Positions 38,274-48,184 of a DNA stretch of 64,000 nucleotides are shown piece by piece. Numbering within the stretch: position 1 is the first letter of the stretch; every line of letters begins with the position of its first letter. The translations under genes were made by a program, and so were the position numbers. The stretch comes from an uncultured Alphaproteobacteria bacterium. GTDB taxonomy: Bacteria > Pseudomonadota > Alphaproteobacteria > RF32 > CAG-239. The notes beneath the pieces were generated by a model. That model did not search any database and had not been told where the DNA came from. It was given only the letters and a program-made list of their open reading frames with translations. The stretch spans positions 83,502 to 147,501 of the forward strand of contig CALXWE010000003.1 in assembly GCA_944392295.1 (NCBI GenBank). Direction: 5' to 3'.

Positions 38274-38492
38274 ATGCAAAAATATTCCGTTACCATAGCC
38301 GGCCGACATAATACCAGCTTTTCGCTGGAAGAAGAATTTTATGCCGAATTAAAACGTATTGCCAAGCTCAAAAATCTAAGTGTTAATGAGCTTATCACTA
38401 AAATCGATTCAACCCGCCAACTTGATAATTTATCAAGCAGTATTCGCATTTATATTTTACAATTTATAAAATCAGAACAGTCTAAACTTTAA
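38274..38492 (+). CDS. Ribbon-helix-helix (RHH_4-like) protein
   Basis: Start set to ATG 38274 (MQKYSVTIAGRHNTSFSLEEEFY.ELK.IA......S.NELI..ID). Typical small alphaproteobacterial RHH protein. Confidence 0.65.
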   Translation: MQKYSVTIAGRHNTSFSLEEEFYAELKRIAKLKNLSVNELITKIDSTRQLDNLSSSIRIYILQFIKSEQSKL

Positions 38493-39931
38493 TGTTTCCA
38501 AAAAGTTTTGGTAAATACCACCAGCAAAGTAATAATTTCCAAGCGACCGAGCATCATCACGGCAATTAACACCCACTTTGCCGTATCGGAGAAAAAGGCA
38601 TAATTGCCCATAGCTCCTATTTCTTTGACAATTCCCGGACCTGTATTGGTAATACTTGCTACCGATGCCGATAAAGAAATTACAAAATCATACCCCATAA
38701 AATTAAGTAAAATTGCACTTACTGCCGTCGTTATTAAAAATAACAAAATATATACCAACACCGAAGTTACAACATTATCATCTACCGGCACATCGCCGAC
38801 TTTTACCGGGACTACCCGATTTTGGTCAATAGAAGAAACAAACAGTTTATGCAAATATGAAGTAAGCACCTGCCAACGCATAACCTTAATTGAACCCGTA
38901 GTAGAACCGATACAGCCGCCATGTAAAGGCAGAAGCGTAAAAAACATTCCCGTCCATACACCCCAGTTTAAAAACTCCGTTGAACCGTAGCCCGTAGTAG
39001 TTATAACCGAGATAATATTAAATGAACTCTGGCGCAATGCTGTTAAAAACGACACACCGTTTTGCCAAACCATCCATAAGCTGGCAAACAAGGTTAAAAG
39101 CAAGACCGTTTTTAAAAATTGTTTTACCTGCCCCAAACGAAAACCGTCTACCTCTTTGGACCGCAGCAGCATAACATAAAATGTCATAGGCAGTGCTCCC
39201 AACACCATAAATAAAGACAACACCGCCTCGATCGAAGCACTATCAAAAAACGCCACCGAATTATTTTTGGTCGAAAATCCACCTGTTGCCACTGCCGAGA
39301 GCGCATGATTTAATGCATCAAACCTACTCATCCCGCACCAATACAGCATAAACGTACACAATGCTATAAGCCCGATATAACAAGCAATCAGCCACTTAGC
39401 AATATCAACAAACTTAGGCATAAATTTATCGCTGGCATCGGCGTTTTCTCTTTGAAAGATTTGCATACCGCCGATACCTAAAAACGGCAGCATGGCAACG
39501 GCAAAAATAATTATTCCGATGCCGCCTAATCCGTTAAGCATTGAGCGCCAGAGCAAAATAGAACGAGGCTGAGCCTCAACATCGGTTAAAACCGTTGAGC
39601 CGGTACCCGTAATACCTGACACACTCTCAAAAACAGCAGAGGTCCAAGTACTGACCGTACCTTCTAAAAAAAACGGCAATGCAGCAAACAAACCTACCGA
39701 TATCCAACCGATACCTGTGACTAAAAAACCTTGCCTCAAGCTCATATGGCTAATACGCACCCGATTGGAAACAAATAAGGACAAACCTATAAAAAACGTA
39801 ATCATTGCCGATATTAAAAATGACGAATACAAGTTTTCGGAATCATAATATTCCAAACCTGCCGGCAACAACATACTCATCCCCAAAACGGCAAGTATGT
39901 AGCCGTCAATCATTATAACCGGCTGCCACAT
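38489..39931 (-). CDS. trkH: TrkH-family potassium uptake protein
   Basis: 480 aa polytopic protein. Repeated selectivity-filter-like ...TGTGS..., ...ATGGFS..., ...TTTGYGS... segments. Confidence 0.9.
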   Translation of the reverse strand: MWQPVIMIDGYILAVLGMSMLLPAGLEYYDSENLYSSFLISAMITFFIGLSLFVSNRVRISHMSLRQGFLVTGIGWISVGLFAALPFFLEGTVSTWTSAVFESVSGITGTGSTVLTDVEAQPRSILLWRSMLNGLGGIGIIIFAVAMLPFLGIGGMQIFQRENADASDKFMPKFVDIAKWLIACYIGLIALCTFMLYWCGMSRFDALNHALSAVATGGFSTKNNSVAFFDSASIEAVLSLFMVLGALPMTFYVMLLRSKEVDGFRLGQVKQFLKTVLLLTLFASLWMVWQNGVSFLTALRQSSFNIISVITTTGYGSTEFLNWGVWTGMFFTLLPLHGGCIGSTTGSIKVMRWQVLTSYLHKLFVSSIDQNRVVPVKVGDVPVDDNVVTSVLVYILLFLITTAVSAILLNFMGYDFVISLSASVASITNTGPGIVKEIGAMGNYAFFSDTAKWVLIAVMMLGRLEIITLLVVFTKTFWKH

Positions 39932-39942
39932 TCATATAATCC

Positions 39943-40821
39943 TTATAAAGCAACGTTATCGGCAAACCCGGCATCAACCATATTACGGTTAATGCTTATA
40001 CCGTTTAAGAAACATACACCCGTGGCAATATTATTATATGTATATGCCACAATCATACACCTCAAATTTTTACCATCGACCAATTCCTTTAAGTACTGAT
40101 GTGCTTTTTCAACATCATATTTAGAAGGATCGGTATAAATGCCGTACAAAATTAAATATGCATCACCGACGGAAAGTTCGGAAGCACTGAAAACAAAAGT
40201 TTTACCTGAAACTTCTTTAGGCGTATCTTCATAAACCAAAGGCAGGGTTTCATCTTTTCTATAATACTCTTTTTGTGCTGTGCCGGAAAAGACAGGTTTT
40301 GCCTTAGGTTCAGACTTAACTGGCTCGTAAACTTCCGGCAGTGGTCTATCATCTGTCGGAGCGACAAATGTTTCATAGCTGTCAGCACCGCTTCTGTCCA
40401 TAGGAGGAGCCTTTTTAAGCTTCATAATTTTATACTGTTTTTTGGGAGCCGTTTCGGTTTCGACCACCTTAAAAGCCTTACGTCCTTGCGTAGGCTGCGG
40501 TTCAACACCTTGAGGCTGTTTACGAATAACTTGCGGAGCCGTAACCTGAGGAGCTTCTGCGGGTTGCTCTTTTTCAACCTTATTTACAACCTCGGTTAAA
40601 TCAGCTTTAGTTTCATCATAACGCATCAAGTACCAATCTGCTATACCTGCAAAAGGAATACCCTTTATCATCGGCACGGCAATAATTATTACCGCTGCAA
40701 TAAATAAGGCAAACAGCGTTTTAAATATATGCCGCAGCGGATAAGTAATAATCATAACCAAAGTATGAACAAGCTTAGCAAATCCGTGTACACGAATGGT
40801 TTTCAATCTGTCTAATTCCAT
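39943..40821 (-). CDS. Membrane-anchored hypothetical protein (292 aa) with a Pro/Gln-rich linker
   Basis: One or two N-terminal TM helices, low-complexity PQ-rich spacer, C-terminal globular domain of unknown family. The start abuts the metG stop. Confidence 0.5.
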   Translation of the reverse strand: MELDRLKTIRVHGFAKLVHTLVMIITYPLRHIFKTLFALFIAAVIIIAVPMIKGIPFAGIADWYLMRYDETKADLTEVVNKVEKEQPAEAPQVTAPQVIRKQPQGVEPQPTQGRKAFKVVETETAPKKQYKIMKLKKAPPMDRSGADSYETFVAPTDDRPLPEVYEPVKSEPKAKPVFSGTAQKEYYRKDETLPLVYEDTPKEVSGKTFVFSASELSVGDAYLILYGIYTDPSKYDVEKAHQYLKELVDGKNLRCMIVAYTYNNIATGVCFLNGISINRNMVDAGFADNVAL

Positions 40822-42518
40822 TATTTGGAACTCCCGTATTTTTGTTTTAATTCATCAAGCCTTTCAGGAGAGATTCTCTCAAACAGAGGCTCTCCCACCG
40901 TAAACTTGTGTCCAGGTTTTAAAAAGTTAATTTCTTTAGCAACATCAAAGCCTTTAAGCAGCGGCATATCTTTTGTCGTCAAGCCCAATTTTGCCAACAT
41001 AGTTTCGGTTGTTTTAGGCATAATCGGATAGCTCAAAACGGCAAATATATAAATAAGATTAATGCAAACCCTTAAGATGGTTTCGGCACGTTGTTGATTT
41101 TCTTTAATAACCGACCACGGCTCGGTAACGGAAATATAATTATTTCCTTCAACCCAAATAGCTCTGAGTTCATTTAGTGCCTTACGAAATTCCAACTCGT
41201 TCATATATTTTAAATAAGCATCAACACGTTGTTGCAAATTTTTAACAAGCTCATTTTCAACTTCGGTAAAATCACCGCCGGTCGGGACTTGTTCGCCCAA
41301 TTTTGAGGCAGTCATTTTCAAAACACGCGACACAAAATTACCCAACACACCGTTCAAATCTTTATTGACGGTACCGGCAAAAGAATCAAAAGTAAAGCTG
41401 GTATCAGACGATTCGGGAATATTAATCATCAACCAGTAACGCCAATAATCGGCAGGAAATTCTTTAACGGCATCTTCAGCAAAGATACCCCTGTTTTCAG
41501 ATTTAGAAAACTTACCGCCCTCATAGTTTAAGTAGCTTACGCCTTTAAGATAATCAACCTGTGTCCAAGGCTCTCCGGTTCCAAGAAGGGTAGCCGGGAA
41601 TGTAATGGAGTGATAAGGAACATTATCTTTAGCCATAAACTCAACATGACGCACATCTTTGGCATCATACCACCAATCTTTCCAATTTCTTTCCTCAGGT
41701 TTTTCATCTGCCCACTGTTTGGTAATACCGATATACCCAATAGGAGCATCAAACCACACATAGAAAACTTTATCTTCATAACCGGGCTTATTAACCGGGA
41801 ATCCCCACTTTAAATCACGGGTAATACAACGCGGCTGCAATCCTTCTTTAATCCATTTTTGAGCAATAGAATAGGCAACCTCGGGCCAAAAAGCCTCTTT
41901 AGTTTTGAGCCACTGACGCAATTTTTCTTCAATTTTCGGCAAATTCAAGAATAAGTGTTTAGACTCTCTTACTTCCAAATTTTTACTGCCCGAGATAGTG
42001 CTTTTAGCATCAATCAAATCGGTAGGTTCCAAAACCTTTGTGCAATTTTCGCATTGATCGCCGCGAGCCTTATCATATCCGCAATAAGGGCAAGTGCCGG
42101 TAATATAACGATCGGCCAAAAACATTTTATCATCAATCGAATAAACCTGTTTTACGGTACGTTCTTCAATAAAGCCGTTTTTATCCAACTGAGAAAATAT
42201 GTGATAAGTCATCTCTTTATTTTGCTCGGAAGAAGTTCTGCCGAAACAATCAAAAGACAGTTCAAAATCTTTATAAGTATCACGATGTCTTGCATGGTTC
42301 ATATCGCAGTAGGCCTGTACATCCATACCGGCCTTTAAAGCTCCGACCTCGGAAGCCGTGCCATGTTCATCATTTCCGGCTACATATAAAACCTCATTTC
42401 CCATCATTCGCATATACCGAGCATAAACATCTGAGGGCAACAGGCACCCGATCATATGTCCCAAATGAGGAACACCGTTTACATATGGCAAAGCTGAAGT
42501 GATAAGAATTTTAGACAT
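40821..42518 (-). CDS. metG: Methionyl-tRNA synthetase
   Basis: 565 aa. ...ITSALPYVNGVPHLGH... (HIGH), zinc knuckle CPYCGY...CENC, ...KFSKS... (KMSKS). Confidence 0.95.
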   Translation of the reverse strand: MSKILITSALPYVNGVPHLGHMIGCLLPSDVYARYMRMMGNEVLYVAGNDEHGTASEVGALKAGMDVQAYCDMNHARHRDTYKDFELSFDCFGRTSSEQNKEMTYHIFSQLDKNGFIEERTVKQVYSIDDKMFLADRYITGTCPYCGYDKARGDQCENCTKVLEPTDLIDAKSTISGSKNLEVRESKHLFLNLPKIEEKLRQWLKTKEAFWPEVAYSIAQKWIKEGLQPRCITRDLKWGFPVNKPGYEDKVFYVWFDAPIGYIGITKQWADEKPEERNWKDWWYDAKDVRHVEFMAKDNVPYHSITFPATLLGTGEPWTQVDYLKGVSYLNYEGGKFSKSENRGIFAEDAVKEFPADYWRYWLMINIPESSDTSFTFDSFAGTVNKDLNGVLGNFVSRVLKMTASKLGEQVPTGGDFTEVENELVKNLQQRVDAYLKYMNELEFRKALNELRAIWVEGNNYISVTEPWSVIKENQQRAETILRVCINLIYIFAVLSYPIMPKTTETMLAKLGLTTKDMPLLKGFDVAKEINFLKPGHKFTVGEPLFERISPERLDELKQKYGSSK

Positions 42519-42671
42519 TGTTACATTTTCTCCTTATTACAATTAAAACACGGCAATTTTAGCACATTTTTTTACGGATACAAGCATTATGAGTACTTTT
42601 TTAGCACTTATTATCACATTTTAAAAGTCAAAAGAGCACCATTTAAGGTGCTCTTTAAAAATACTCCTCTG

Positions 42672-43073
42672 TCAGTGAATTGATGAAGACTGAGCGGCAT
42701 CAGGGAATACCTCGCTTACCGAGAATTTCCATCCTTTAATCTCCCCGCGGATAGTTTCCAAGGCACTTTTCCTCTCCAGTTGGTAATATTCTTCCGCAAT
42801 CTGATCGATTGAAGAAGTGTTGGTTATTTTCACAGTAAAAGGTAAACCCAACATGCGAGGGAAAAGCATATCCAAAGAGATGCCGATTGCGTCCGGGGTT
42901 TCCGTACCATTATAGGTAGCCATAATCTCCGGACACAAGCTATCATTTTGCTCCGGATACATCGGATGATGCTTGCTGTAGTGCTCAAGCAGATTCTGCA
43001 CTTTCTCCGTCTTACACCTTACCTCAGCCAAGGCAAACATGTACTTTACTCTTCTTTTTATTTGCTCTTTCAT
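42672..43073 (-). CDS. Hypothetical protein (133 aa)
   Basis: ORF with a downstream hairpin (agagcacc..ggtgctct, 42633-42655). No family recognised. Confidence 0.45.
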   Translation of the reverse strand: MKEQIKRRVKYMFALAEVRCKTEKVQNLLEHYSKHHPMYPEQNDSLCPEIMATYNGTETPDAIGISLDMLFPRMLGLPFTVKITNTSSIDQIAEEYYQLERKSALETIRGEIKGWKFSVSEVFPDAAQSSSIH

Positions 43074-43154
43074 AATTTAATAAAAATTAGATATTGGTTA
43101 TAAAAATAAAAAATGAGCTTTCATTATATTCCACCTGATAGTTTTGTCAATAAT

Positions 43155-44225
43155 TTAAAACATTTCTATTTGCGGAATAAAAACCGTTTGATTAAATACA
43201 TTTTCCAAAAAGAACAAGCAAACAAAACAAATAAGCATAGCCATTAAAGGAGTTACCACCCATCCGAGCATAATTTTACCGGTAATTCCCCAGTTTATGC
43301 CCTTTCCGCCCTTTAACAAGCCGATGCCCAATATCGCCCCTATAACTGCCTGAGTACTTGAAACCGGCACCAAAGGCAAGGTCGGTAAATTATGATTATG
43401 TAAAAAGTTCTGTAATCCTTGAGAAGAAAACAAAAACAATACAACTGTTTGTGCCACGACCACAGTCAGAGCTGCCAAAGGAGTCATTTTCAATAAATTA
43501 TTACCTACATTGGCAATAACTTTGTGCGAATATGTAACAATGCCAACAGCTATAGCAATACCGCCGAGCAAAAACAAAACCTGCACACTACTCAGTTCAA
43601 AAACTCCGGCCACATTAACTGCCCTAAACGGTGAAGAATCCACAAAAACACCCATGATATTAGCAATATTATTGGCACCCAAAGCATAAGCACACAGTGC
43701 TCCCATAACAACCAATCCGATTCGCAAATATCTGTCTTGCCGCAAAAGATGCACATGTAAGCTACGCATCAATTTACGTAACATAAAATAAATAAACACC
43801 GCCACAATTGCAGCCAAAATCGGACACATAACCCAAGTAGCCGCAATTTTAAGCACCACTTTAATATCGGTAGGTAATCCGCAATAAAAGTTCCAGCCTA
43901 TAATAGCTCCCACAATTGCCTGAGAAGTAGAAACATTTAATCCTGAACGAGACATCCAATATACGGTAAGAGCCGCAGCAAGAGCCACCATAAAAGCACC
44001 GGCCAAAGCATTAACCGAGCCCAACTGCCCTAAAGTTGCCGAAGTTCCCTCACCTCCGAAAACCGCACCCAAAATTACAAACACCGAGGCAATAATTGCT
44101 GCCGTATTAAACTTAACCATTTTGGTTCCGACTGCAGTTCCGAAAATATTAGAAGCGTCGTTAGCCCCTAAAGACCACCCTAAAAACAAACCGCTGCTTA
44201 AAAAGAATAAATAAGAAATATCCAT
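43155..44225 (-). CDS. PiT-family inorganic phosphate transporter
   Basis: 356 aa. Duplicated ...GANDASNIFGTAVG... / ...GANNIANIMG... PiT signature motifs. Confidence 0.9.
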   Translation of the reverse strand: MDISYLFFLSSGLFLGWSLGANDASNIFGTAVGTKMVKFNTAAIIASVFVILGAVFGGEGTSATLGQLGSVNALAGAFMVALAAALTVYWMSRSGLNVSTSQAIVGAIIGWNFYCGLPTDIKVVLKIAATWVMCPILAAIVAVFIYFMLRKLMRSLHVHLLRQDRYLRIGLVVMGALCAYALGANNIANIMGVFVDSSPFRAVNVAGVFELSSVQVLFLLGGIAIAVGIVTYSHKVIANVGNNLLKMTPLAALTVVVAQTVVLFLFSSQGLQNFLHNHNLPTLPLVPVSSTQAVIGAILGIGLLKGGKGINWGITGKIMLGWVVTPLMAMLICFVCLFFLENVFNQTVFIPQIEMF

Positions 44226-44884
44226 TAAATATCCCTCTTAATAACATAAATAAGAAGTTGATCCACACAATTCTCGGCCAAATCGGCAATATCTGCCACT
44301 TCACTTAAAAAAGACTCCAACTGCAGTTTATGAGCCAACTCCAAATCAGAATCAAATACGGCCTCCTTCAATGAAGCAGTAGTTTTATCACTCTCATGCT
44401 CCAACATATAAACCTTTTTGGCATAATCTCTTACAATTGAAAAATCTCTGAAAAAAGCCCTTGAGGCCATAGCTAAATTTTCGGCACATTCGCAAACTTG
44501 CTCAACCAGTTCTTTAAAACGTTCAAAATACTTTTCCGGAATAACCGGCTGTTCAATGTAAAACTGGTGAGCCACTTCATCAAACTCATTAATTACCTTA
44601 TCTAAATTTTCTACCAGCTCCAAAACACTACCGCGTAAATCCGGAATTAAATTTTGCGAATATAAACGGTTTTCAATTTCACGCCGCAAAACATCAGCAT
44701 CGTGCTCTATATTTTTAATTTCTTTACTTAATTTTTTATATTCTTGGCTGCGTTTTTCCTTTAAGTATACACTAACAGCTTTTTTAAAAATCATTGCCAC
44801 TTCAATAATTTTATCATGAAGCATATCAATTTTTTGTTCCAATTCTTTTGTATTGGAAAATAAAGAAATTTTCATATCAAACAT
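44225..44884 (-). CDS. DUF47 (PhoU-like, TIGR00153) protein partner of PiT
   Basis: Start set to MFDMKISLF (ATG 44884). Helical PhoU-like repeats. The stop overlaps the pit start, the typical DUF47-PiT operon. Confidence 0.82.
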   Translation of the reverse strand: MFDMKISLFSNTKELEQKIDMLHDKIIEVAMIFKKAVSVYLKEKRSQEYKKLSKEIKNIEHDADVLRREIENRLYSQNLIPDLRGSVLELVENLDKVINEFDEVAHQFYIEQPVIPEKYFERFKELVEQVCECAENLAMASRAFFRDFSIVRDYAKKVYMLEHESDKTTASLKEAVFDSDLELAHKLQLESFLSEVADIADLAENCVDQLLIYVIKRDI

Positions 44885-45013
44885 CTTGCCACCTCTAATT
44901 CGAAAATACTTAGTTGTTAACATAAAACATAAAATTATGCTTGTAAACGAATAAATAATTGTTTAGATTATAGCTGTTTTTAGTTACAAAATTATTGATA
45001 AGGATATCAAAAA

Positions 45014-45751
45014 ATGAATAAAACTTCTTTATATGTCTCTATTGTAGCTTTATTGGTATCTGGTGCTGCTTTATTTTATGCATCAGAGAAAAATACCGTA
45101 AAAAGTACCGCACCGTCTTTGGATGTTGCTGAATTAGCCAATGCTTTATACAACAATCCGCAAATGGTAGTTGATGCTTTACAACAGTATGAAAACATTC
45201 AACGTGAAGCACAAGCCAAAGAAGCTGCCAGATTATTTATGGAAAATATTGAAGAACTCAATAACGACCCGAACACCCCGTTTGTTGGTCCTGAAGATGC
45301 CAAAGTTGTACTGGTAGAATTCTTTGATTTTTCATGTGGATACTGCAAGAGATTAGCTCCGACTGTTGAAGCTATTGTTAAAGCCAACCCCGACGTTAAG
45401 GTTGTCTTCAAGCCCATTACATTCGTTGCTCCTATTTCCAAGTACGCTGCTCAGGCTGCTTTAGCTGCTGGCGAGCAAGGTAAATTTATGGAAATGTACA
45501 CAGTATTGTTAGGCTCTCAAGAAAGATTAGATGAAAAGAAAATTGATGAAATGGCTAAAAAACTTGGCTTAGATATGGACAAGTACGAACAAGACGTTAA
45601 ATCACAAAAAGTTCAAGATACCATCAAAAGAGTATCACAACTTGGCAACAAAGTACAAGTTCACGGCGTACCTGCATTAATTTTGAACGGTCAACAATTA
45701 AACACTATTGACCCTGAAGGTATCCAAGCTGAGATTAACAAATTAAAATAA
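45014..45751 (+). CDS. DsbA-family thiol:disulfide oxidoreductase
   Basis: N-terminal anchor. ...VLVEFFDFSCGYCK... CxxC thioredoxin motif. ...VHGVPALIL.... Terminator at 45769-45802. Confidence 0.88.
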   Translation: MNKTSLYVSIVALLVSGAALFYASEKNTVKSTAPSLDVAELANALYNNPQMVVDALQQYENIQREAQAKEAARLFMENIEELNNDPNTPFVGPEDAKVVLVEFFDFSCGYCKRLAPTVEAIVKANPDVKVVFKPITFVAPISKYAAQAALAAGEQGKFMEMYTVLLGSQERLDEKKIDEMAKKLGLDMDKYEQDVKSQKVQDTIKRVSQLGNKVQVHGVPALILNGQQLNTIDPEGIQAEINKLK

Positions 45752-45813
45752 TCTCAACCACAAAAATAAAAAAACAACTCCGTAATCGGAGTTGTTTTTT
45801 TATTTAGCTGTTT

Positions 45814-47298
45814 TTATTTACCTATTTCATAGCCTGTATTAGCATCCACAAAAGATAAAGCCATAGCTAAATCATCTGCATCACAAGCAATAATCTGGTA
45901 TAAAGGCTCACCTTTTGCCACAGTATCGCCCACCTTTTTAAGCAAGAAAATGCCGGCTTCTTGATATTTATCGGCACCGGCCAATCTACCGATTTTTTTA
46001 ACAATCTTATTATCAATGGAAAGTACCGAACCGCTATTTGGTGCCAAGACCTCATGGACCAAAGAACCCAGTTCAATACGCTGATTACGTCCTTGATCGG
46101 TAATTATCTGAGTAAAGGCATCCAAAGCCCTGCCGGAATCCAGTATTTCCTTGGCAATTTTATAACCCTGCCCGCCACGTAAATCCGGATCAAATTCTAA
46201 AACTCGACCGGCCAGGAACAGGGCTTTTTCGGTTAATCCTGCGGGGGCATTATCTTTACGCTTTAAAATGCGCATAACATCACGAGCCGATAACACCGCG
46301 CCTATTCCCTCACCTACCGGCTCTCGTCCGTCGGTAACCACAACATCAACCGTAATCCCCAAATTATCTCCGGCATATTCTAAAAATTTACGAACTTTTA
46401 TGGCTTGTTGCGCATTTTTTACCAAAGTTTTCGGTCCGACGGGAATATCAACTACCAAGTGATTAACACCTGCCGAAATTTTCAAAGCCAACAACTGAGC
46501 CATCGCTAAGGCATCATCTTCAATGTTTAAAAAAGCCCCCACCGATTTTAGTACCGATAAGACTTTGGCTATCGGTAAAGCCTCATAGCTTACCACAGCG
46601 CCGCGATCTTCTTTAATCAAACGCCTTAATTCTATAGTAGATTTATTAATATCGGCAAAAATCTTCATGGCATTAGCCGTACCGTAACAAGAAATATTAT
46701 TGGGTATGACCACCTTCGGAATAGGAATACCGTAAGCCGCAACAATGGCGGTAACCAATAAATCGACGTTATTTGCCGGAACTGAACCGATGGTGTAACA
46801 ATCGGCAACAATTTCTTCTTCGTCCCAAAACAAATTACGTTCCGCAGTTAAGGCCTCAACTAAAGAGACCACCTCAGGCACCGTTACAAAAGAGTTAAAA
46901 GCCGTCAAAAACGAAGCAACCTCAATGTTGGTATATTTACGCATTTTAATATCATTAACGACCGCCTTATATTCATTAAGAGACAAAACGTGTCCTAAAA
47001 TTTTTTTACGTACCATATTAAGGCTCATCGGAGGTTCTGCCAAAATCATACTGACTCTGGCGCCTTCCGGCAAACTCAAAAGTTTAAAAGCCTCTTTATT
47101 AAGGGCAATTTCATTAGGCTTAACCAAACGAGCATCATCCGTTACATTTAAAAAAGCACATAGAGGCAAAGCCCCGCCATGAATTTCAACTCTGGTAATG
47201 GTATTAAGCCCATCCAGCGGATAATCGACACAGTCTTTATGGACATAGGCAATATTTTCATTAAAAGAACAAATCGGCAAACATTTTAAGTTAAGCAT
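45814..47298 (-). CDS. Thymidine-phosphorylase-family protein (~494 aa form)
   Basis: Start set to MLNLKCLP (ATG 47298, GGGAG RBS). Glycosyl-transferase family-3 core (...VDIPVGP..., ...TDGREPVG.GIG...) and a C-terminal PYNP domain. Confidence 0.82.
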   Translation of the reverse strand: MLNLKCLPICSFNENIAYVHKDCVDYPLDGLNTITRVEIHGGALPLCAFLNVTDDARLVKPNEIALNKEAFKLLSLPEGARVSMILAEPPMSLNMVRKKILGHVLSLNEYKAVVNDIKMRKYTNIEVASFLTAFNSFVTVPEVVSLVEALTAERNLFWDEEEIVADCYTIGSVPANNVDLLVTAIVAAYGIPIPKVVIPNNISCYGTANAMKIFADINKSTIELRRLIKEDRGAVVSYEALPIAKVLSVLKSVGAFLNIEDDALAMAQLLALKISAGVNHLVVDIPVGPKTLVKNAQQAIKVRKFLEYAGDNLGITVDVVVTDGREPVGEGIGAVLSARDVMRILKRKDNAPAGLTEKALFLAGRVLEFDPDLRGGQGYKIAKEILDSGRALDAFTQIITDQGRNQRIELGSLVHEVLAPNSGSVLSIDNKIVKKIGRLAGADKYQEAGIFLLKKVGDTVAKGEPLYQIIACDADDLAMALSFVDANTGYEIGK

Positions 47299-47471
47299 GA
47301 CAAACTCCCAATTAGCGATATTAAAGAGTATAAAATTGCTATTATTTATTTTTGGTAAAGAAGGAAAAATATAATCAAAGGTGTAGGTTGGAAAACGCCA
47401 AAGCCTATTTATATAGATAAGTGTTGATAGAACAACAAAACATATATCAAACAGGAAAAAGGAGAATAAAA

Positions 47472-47630
47472 ATGGGATGCGGATGTGGAAGTAAAAAAAC
47501 TTCAAGCAATAATAGTAATAACAGCAGCAAGAACAGCACTATGGAAAGCAAGAGCTCCGAGAGCAGTTGCAGCAGCAAGAGCGAAAAGAGCGCAGCAAGC
47601 AGCAGCAAGAGCGGTAAATGCAGCAAATAG
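47472..47630 (+). CDS. 52-aa Cys/Ser/Lys-rich peptide MGCGCGSKKTSSNNSNNSSKNSTMESKSSESSCSSKSEKSAASSSKSGKCSK
   Basis: AAGGAG RBS 7 nt upstream of ATG 47472. Perfect 13-bp hairpin (aaagcccttcaag / cttgaagggcttt, 47672-47704) downstream. Confidence 0.55.
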   Translation: MGCGCGSKKTSSNNSNNSSKNSTMESKSSESSCSSKSEKSAASSSKSGKCSK

Positions 47631-47832
47631 AGGAAAGGAAATCAGAGAAGAAAATAAAGTAACAAGACAATAAAGCCCTTCAAGAGAAAAGCTTGAAGGG
47701 CTTTAATAAAAATATCGATAAAACAAACAGAAGAAGAGAAGAAACGAAAAAAAGTAAAAAAAAATCAAAAAAGATAAAAAAAAGACTTGCAAAGAGAAAA
47801 AAATTAAACTAAGAATAAGGCTGTTAAGAGAA

Positions 47833-47907
47833 TGGGGTGTCGCCAAGTGGTAAGGCATCGGCTTTTGGTGCCGACATTCGTTGGTTCGAATCCAGCCACC
47901 CCAGCCA
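47833..47907 (+). tRNA. tRNA-Gln (anticodon UUG)
   Basis: TGGGGTGTCGCCAAGTGGTAAGGCATCGGCTTTTGGTGCCGACATTCGTTGGTTCGAATCCAGCCACCCCAGCCA is collinear with E. coli tRNA-Gln. Anticodon loop TTTTGGT. Confidence 0.92.
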
Positions 47908-48184
47908 CAGTTCAAAAGTCGTCAGAAATGGCGACTTTTTATTTTATATACAAGCATTTCAGCCTGTTCGAAGATTAGACACTTAATATGCCACGCACCA
48001 GATAATCTTCGAACTAATTCCATCAAAAATCTAACACAATCAATGAGTTAAGTTCGAACAATATCCAGTCGCCCTTAGTTACTTTTGTTAAATAAAATAA
48101 ATTTGTATTGCAATAAAAAAAGGAATGACATAGACTCATTGAGAATAAAACCCAATATTTTATATCTGGATATAGAGGTAGAAT

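Noticed and set aside
47485-47673. Alternative frame (MEVKKLQAII...AAARAKRAQQAAARA...) across the Ser/Lys-rich peptide gene
   Set aside because: It has no RBS. The frame starting at ATG 47472 has AAGGAG at ideal spacing. The open alternative frame is a by-product of the agc/aag-rich repeat.
47703-47915. 70-aa ORF on the minus strand
   Set aside because: It overlaps tRNA-Gln and an A/T-rich spacer and reads as a low-complexity F/L-rich translation. It is not a gene.
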